Below, in pieces: positions 59,554 through 64,000 of a stretch of DNA of 64,000 bases. Positions within the stretch are counted from its first letter, which is position 1. Each line of letters begins with the position of its first letter. The position numbers and the translations under genes were made by a program. The notes under the pieces were generated by a model, which did not search any database, was not told where the DNA came from, and worked only from the letters and a program-made list of their open reading frames with translations. Source of the stretch: Candidatus Latescibacterota bacterium (GTDB lineage: Bacteria > Latescibacterota > UBA2968 > UBA8231); contig CBDAOB010000004.1 of NCBI GenBank assembly GCA_965197905.1, positions 992,001-1,056,000 on the forward strand, written 5' to 3'.

Positions 59554-60965
59554 ATGAACCCACTGCTGAATCAATATACCAGACTGCTCATCTGCGTAAT
59601 CGTCGCCGTCCTCCTTTGGCTGCTCACGGCACCAGCGATGCTCCTGCAAAGGGATGGCAGGTGTTCTCTGTTTTCATCGCTGTCATCTTGAGCTTCATCC
59701 TGCGCCCCTTCCCCATGGGCACGATGGTGGTCCTGGGACTGGTGATTCTTACTGCCACCAACACGATCACCATTAAGGAGTCCCTCAGCGGCTACGGTGA
59801 TTCCACGGTGTGGCTAGTGGTTGCTGCCTTTCTCATCGCCGGTGCCGTCATCCACACGGGCTTTGGCCGCAGACTCGCTTTGACCATGGTCAAGCTGCTG
59901 GGTAGGTCCACCCTCGGCCTGGGGTACGCCCTCTGCGCCTCGGAGCTGGTCCTAGGCCCGGCGGTACCCTCCAACACGGCAAGAGGAGGCGGCATCCTGG
60001 CGCCCGTCATGGACTCACTAGCACGCGCCCTGGACTCGACTCCCGATCAGGAGCCCGAGAGGGCGGGTGCCTTTCTCGCGCTCGTGGGCTCGCAGGCAAA
60101 TCTCATCACCGCCAGCATGTTTCTCACGGGAATGGCAGCCAACCCGCTGATCAGCAAGGCGGCTGATGATGTGTTTGGGATCCAGTTCGGTTTCGCCGAA
60201 TGGGCTCTAGGCTCCATTGTCCCGGGGCTGGTCGGGCTGCTGCTGCTCCCCTTGCTCATCTTCCGTTTAAGCAGGCCTACCCTCACCGACTCACGCCCCG
60301 CCCAGCAGAAGGCAAAGGAGGAGCTCGAACGCATGGGTCCGATGAGTGGTGCGGAATGGGTGATGCTCTTGACCCTGACCCTGCTGCTTGCCTTGTGGAC
60401 GACCACAGCACTGCACGGCATGAGCACGACCCTTGTGGCGTGGATCGGTGTCAGTATTCTGCTCCTGACTCGAACCGAAACCTGGGACGACATCGTCAGC
60501 AACTCCAAGGCATGGGACACGCTGATCTGGCTGGGAGGTCTCCTCACCATGGCCAACCTGCTTCGGGACTACCGCTTCATCGAGTGGTTTGCGGGGACCA
60601 TGCAGGGTTGGGTTGCCGGCTATGACGGTGTAGTAGTCGTGATCCTGCTGGCGTTGATCTACTTCTATTCCATGTACGCCTTCTCCATGTTTACCGCGCA
60701 CATCTCCGCCATGGTAGCCACTTTCCTAGCGGTATGCCTCGCCGCCGATGGAAGTCCCATGCTGGCTGTGGCGTTGATGGCCTATTTCTCATGCCTGTGT
60801 GGCTGCTTGACCAACTACTCGACGGGCCCGGTGGTGATTTACTTCGGGCTAGGCTACGTAGAGGTTCGCAAGTGGTTTACCGTCGGCTTTGCCGTTTCCC
60901 TCTTCCACCTCGTCACCTGGTTGGGCGTTGGGATGTTGTGGTGGCGACTTCTCGGATGGTGGTGA
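59554..60965 (+). CDS. DASS-family anion/dicarboxylate transporter; 1-nt-loss frameshift near 59637
   Basis: ATG 59554 with GAGG RBS gives LLICVIVAVLLWLLTAP; next frame PSNTARGGGI, FLTGMAAN, TNYSTGP, WWRLLGWW. Confidence 0.88.
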
Positions 60966-61250
60966 AATCGATGTGAAAAGGCTGGACTGAGCAACGGAGA
61001 GGTTAGTTATCAGTTGCTGAACGCATGGCTCGTGCAACGGCCTGACTCAGAGTTGATCGCTAGCTGGAAGGAATATATCGGTGCACTCTTGCTTACCCTG
61101 GATGAGGAAGCCAAAGACGCCCTGAGGAAGGATCTCCTGGAACGCGCCCGCGAAGTTGCCGAGGCGACCGGAGGATTCTTGGGGTTCGGCCAGAAAATCT
61201 CTACACAGGAGGAAACCGTCTTGGAAGAGATAGATCAGGTATTCCTGTAA
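60966..61250 (+). pseudogene. 3' fragment of a conserved-looking hypothetical protein
   Basis: YQLLNAWL..RP..L..SWKEYI..AREVAEATGGFLGFG.KIS..E..VLEEI; no start. Confidence 0.55.
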
Positions 61251-61667
61251 GAAATGTGGAACAACGGGTTGAGGCGATTCTGGAGATTCTCCAGCCGGTG
61301 AGAGAGCAGACGCTCAAGCGTCCTGACTCCACGCCGAGATCCGCATCGCGGGCTACTTCTCGTCCGAGTCCGCTGACCGGCTCGACGAAGCTATGAACCA
61401 AGTAAAAGATACCAACAGAGTCGTACTGATCTTCGACGAAAAGTGCTTCATAAACAGCACGGGGTTATCTGCATTGTTCGAGCATATTTTCCCGGGCATC
61501 GAGCAAGGCAAGGAATAACGTGTGGTCCATCCCGCCCCGGCACTTCAGGAAGGATATAGTGGGGCTGAGCTCCGATGTGCAGGTGTTCGCGGAAGAAGCT
61601 CAAGCCTTGGATGCCTGATAGTTCATCTGCACCGACATTGCTCCCTTGCCTCCAACACAGCGGCGAT

Positions 61668-62120
61668 ATGTCTGAACTCATTGCTGATAAATCGATCATT
61701 TTCCATACCACCTACGGAAACATTGCCTTCAAGGCACTATTAGGAGTCCTCATTCCTAGCTTTCTCTTTTGGGCAGGGCTTGTCATGCAGCCTATTGTGT
61801 TGGTGTTTCTAGCGATCTCTATCATGGCTCTCGTGATCCTGCTCTTTTGGACTCATATAGAGGTGATGAAAGGAGGAATTTACCTCAAAAGAGGATTGGG
61901 GATACTGAATGGAAACAGGCGCTTCATCAGCGATGATAGTGTGGACTATGTGAGGGTCATCTTATCGCTCAACATTCACATGCTTAAGATCGTGATGGAC
62001 GACAAGACCGTCAGGATTGACATCGACGATTTAACCAATCACAGTGAGTTTCTTGATGTGATGCAGGAGAAATACGCCGACAAATTCCAAACATTTGAGA
62101 GTACGAAAAAGTATGTTTAG
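61668..62120 (+). CDS. Hypothetical two-TM membrane protein, low GC
   Basis: Two hydrophobic helices followed by a small beta-rich domain. Confidence 0.55.
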   Translation: MSELIADKSIIFHTTYGNIAFKALLGVLIPSFLFWAGLVMQPIVLVFLAISIMALVILLFWTHIEVMKGGIYLKRGLGILNGNRRFISDDSVDYVRVILSLNIHMLKIVMDDKTVRIDIDDLTNHSEFLDVMQEKYADKFQTFESTKKYV

Positions 62121-62193
62121 ATCGGAACATCCACTGCACAGCAGCTTCCGTAAAGTGAGATCGCTGGAAAAACATACTGATAGGGGAACGTGA

Positions 62194-62406
62194 ATGAGGA
62201 CTTGGAATTTCAAGCTATCCCAACTAACAGTGTTTTTCTTGGCGACGCTCGTGCTGGGGGTGCAGATTTGTCAGATCGTCAATGCATTCCGGGCAACCGG
62301 CTCAATATCCACTTTTGAGTGTTCGATTGGCGTGATGGCTCTTGCGATCTCCGGAAGTCTGTTCCATCGCGCTAGGGGACGCTCAACCGTACTTAACCCC
62401 CCTTGA
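62194..62406 (+). CDS. Small hypothetical membrane protein
   Basis: 70 aa, two hydrophobic segments, AGGGG upstream. Confidence 0.35.
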   Translation: MRTWNFKLSQLTVFFLATLVLGVQICQIVNAFRATGSISTFECSIGVMALAISGSLFHRARGRSTVLNPP

Positions 62407-62574
62407 TGCCGGAGCGGGACTGTTCGCGGTCCTGACGAAGTACAACGTTCCCCAGTTGAGCCAGACGTTCATCGAAACGAATCCATATGCCGTCAAGAGA
62501 AACTCCATCGACCGCGTGCTGACCTACACATTTATCGGACTAGCGCTACTTGGGCTTGCGGCGCAGGCCGGGCG

Positions 62575-62825
62575 AGAGGCGCAAGGCCGCGCTCGAAGAG
62601 GAACGGAATAAACTCGCCGACTCTCACCCGCAAGGCGATCGACTGCCATCTGACACCGAGATACGCAATGCACTGAAGGGATTCCGTTGTCTATTGGAGA
62701 GCGGGACACATCAGGAGAGACGGACGGTTGTTGAGGAAAATATTGAGAAGATTCTCGTGCGTCCTACAGGCGATGTGTTGCTGAAAGTGAACCCGGCCGG
62801 ATTTCTGTCCGACCGTCCTTTTGAT
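62575..62825 (+). pseudogene. C-terminal remnant resembling a large serine recombinase, abutting the tRNA-Leu 3' end
   Basis: Coiled coil ALEEERNKL, then LLESGTHQERRTVVEENIEKILVRPTGDV; frame reads into the tRNA complement. Confidence 0.55.
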
Positions 62826-62914
62826 TGGTGCCGAGGGCCGGACTCGAACCGGCACGACCGATAACGGCCAACGGATTTTAAGTCCGTCGCGTCTACCAAT
62901 TCCGCCACCCCGGC
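62826..62914 (-). tRNA. tRNA-Leu(TAA)
   Basis: GCCGGGGTGGCGGAATTGGTAGACGCG ACGGA-CTTAAAA-TCCGT, long variable arm, GGTTCGAGTCC, encoded CCA. Confidence 0.97.
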
Positions 62915-62935
62915 ACGATCATCCAGATATAAAAA

Positions 62936-63010
62936 TGGAGGCGACGCCCGGACTCGAACCGGGGAATAAGGGCTTTGCAGGCCCCTGCCTTACCACTTGG
63001 CCACGTCGCC
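62936..63010 (-). tRNA. tRNA-Cys(GCA)
   Basis: GGCGACGTGGCCAAGTGGTAAGGCA GGGGC-CTGCAAA-GCCCT..GGTTCGAGTCC..CGTCGCCTCCA. Confidence 0.97.
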
Positions 63011-63044
63011 TCGTGCAAAAATTGCCTCGATTTTAGCGGAGTCG

Positions 63045-63073
63045 AAAATAGCCGGCGCTCTGTAACATGTCAA
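63045..63073 (-). promoter_or_regulatory. Sigma70-type promoter of the tRNA-Cys/Leu pair
   Basis: TTGACA-17 bp-TATTTT, about 35 bp upstream of tRNA-Cys. Confidence 0.7.
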
Positions 63074-63153
63074 TCCCGCCTCGGTGTCGTTGGTAGTCCG
63101 ATTTCCTATATTAGTGGAACTCCGCTTACAGTTCTCCGCGCAGGTGAGATGCG

Positions 63154-63948
63154 ATGAAACAGTACCTTGATCTGGTTGCCCACATTCTCGAAAACGGAGC
63201 CGAGAAAACCGACCGCACTGGGGTCGGCACGCTGGCCGTTTTCGGTCATCAAATGCGCTTCGATCTGGGGGATGGTTTTCCTTGCCTGACCACCAAGAAA
63301 CTGCACATGCGGTCGATCACCCGCGAGCTCCTCTGGTTTCTAAAGGGCGATACGAATGTTGCCTACCTGCGAAAGAATAACGTCTCAATCTGGGACGAGT
63401 GGGCAGATGGAAATGGCGACCTGGGGCCGGTCTACGGCAAGCAGTGGCGTGCCTGGGAGGCTGCCGACGGCAGTCAGATCGACCAGATTCAAAACGTCAT
63501 CGACCTGATTCGCACCGATCCTGATTCTCGCCGTATGCTGGTGAGCGCCTGGAACGTGGGTGAGCTGGACCTCATGGCGCTCACCCCGTGTCATTGCCTT
63601 TTTCAGTTTTTCGTCGCCGACGACCGCCTTAGCTGCCAGCTCTATCAACGCAGCTGCGACGTCGGTCTGGGCGTGCCTTTCAACATCGCCAGCTACAGCC
63701 TGCTCACCATGATGATCGCCCAGGTGTGTGAACTGAAACCAGGCGAGTTTGTATGGACCGCAGGCGATGCCCACATCTATCTAAACCATGTAGATGCTTT
63801 GCAGGAACAGCTCACCCGTGAACCCCGGGAGCTTCCCCGCATGGCTATCGCCTCCCGCGATCAGGACATCTTCCACTTTCGTTATGACGATTTCAAACTC
63901 CTGCAGTACGACCCTCATCCGCCCATAGCGATGGAAATTGCCGTCTGA
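63154..63948 (+). CDS. thyA: Thymidylate synthase
   Basis: [56 protein letters not shown]. Confidence 0.98.
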   Translation: MKQYLDLVAHILENGAEKTDRTGVGTLAVFGHQMRFDLGDGFPCLTTKKLHMRSITRELLWFLKGDTNVAYLRKNNVSIWDEWADGNGDLGPVYGKQWRAWEAADGSQIDQIQNVIDLIRTDPDSRRMLVSAWNVGELDLMALTPCHCLFQFFVADDRLSCQLYQRSCDVGLGVPFNIASYSLLTMMIAQVCELKPGEFVWTAGDAHIYLNHVDALQEQLTREPRELPRMAIASRDQDIFHFRYDDFKLLQYDPHPPIAMEIAV

Positions 63949-64000
63949 GCTCCTCGTCTGAAACCGCCGTGGCCGTTCAGGGGGAGCTGGGTTCCTTCAG

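Noticed and set aside
1..64000. CRISPR array, integron attC array or intact IS element
   Set aside because: No regularly spaced repeats, cas genes, transposase ORF or terminal inverted repeats were seen by eye

Overview
GC-rich bacterial window with about 50 intact or near-intact genes, mostly accessory catabolism. It carries 7 PhyH-type Fe(II)/2OG dioxygenases, 2 paralogous arylsulfatases, 2 BNR/sialidase-like proteins, 3 paralogous GHL10/DUF187-like TIM-barrel proteins plus a sliver of a fourth, 2 uncharacterised beta-propeller proteins, 3 VOC proteins, GGT, CocE/NonD, UxuA-like, ThrC-like, MmsB and ICL/PEP-mutase enzymes. Other elements are a secreted FlgD-Ig/T9SS-like-CTD protein and a 9-kb signalling cluster (PAS kinase, REC-GAF, DUF3391-FapA, porin, periplasmic binding protein, HAMP hybrid kinase). 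At the right end are tRNA-Leu(TAA), tRNA-Cys(GCA) and thyA. The gene content resembles Ca. Latescibacterota/Poribacteria-type genomes (inference only). Many intergenic gaps hold short scraps of unrelated genes, including a dead tyrosine integrase and a recombinase-like tail running into the tRNA-Leu 3' end. This suggests a heavily rearranged tRNA-anchored accessory region. Four genes have single-base-loss frameshifts and two have in-frame TGA codons. No CRISPR array, rRNA or intact IS was seen. All family calls are by motif recognition; no searches were run.
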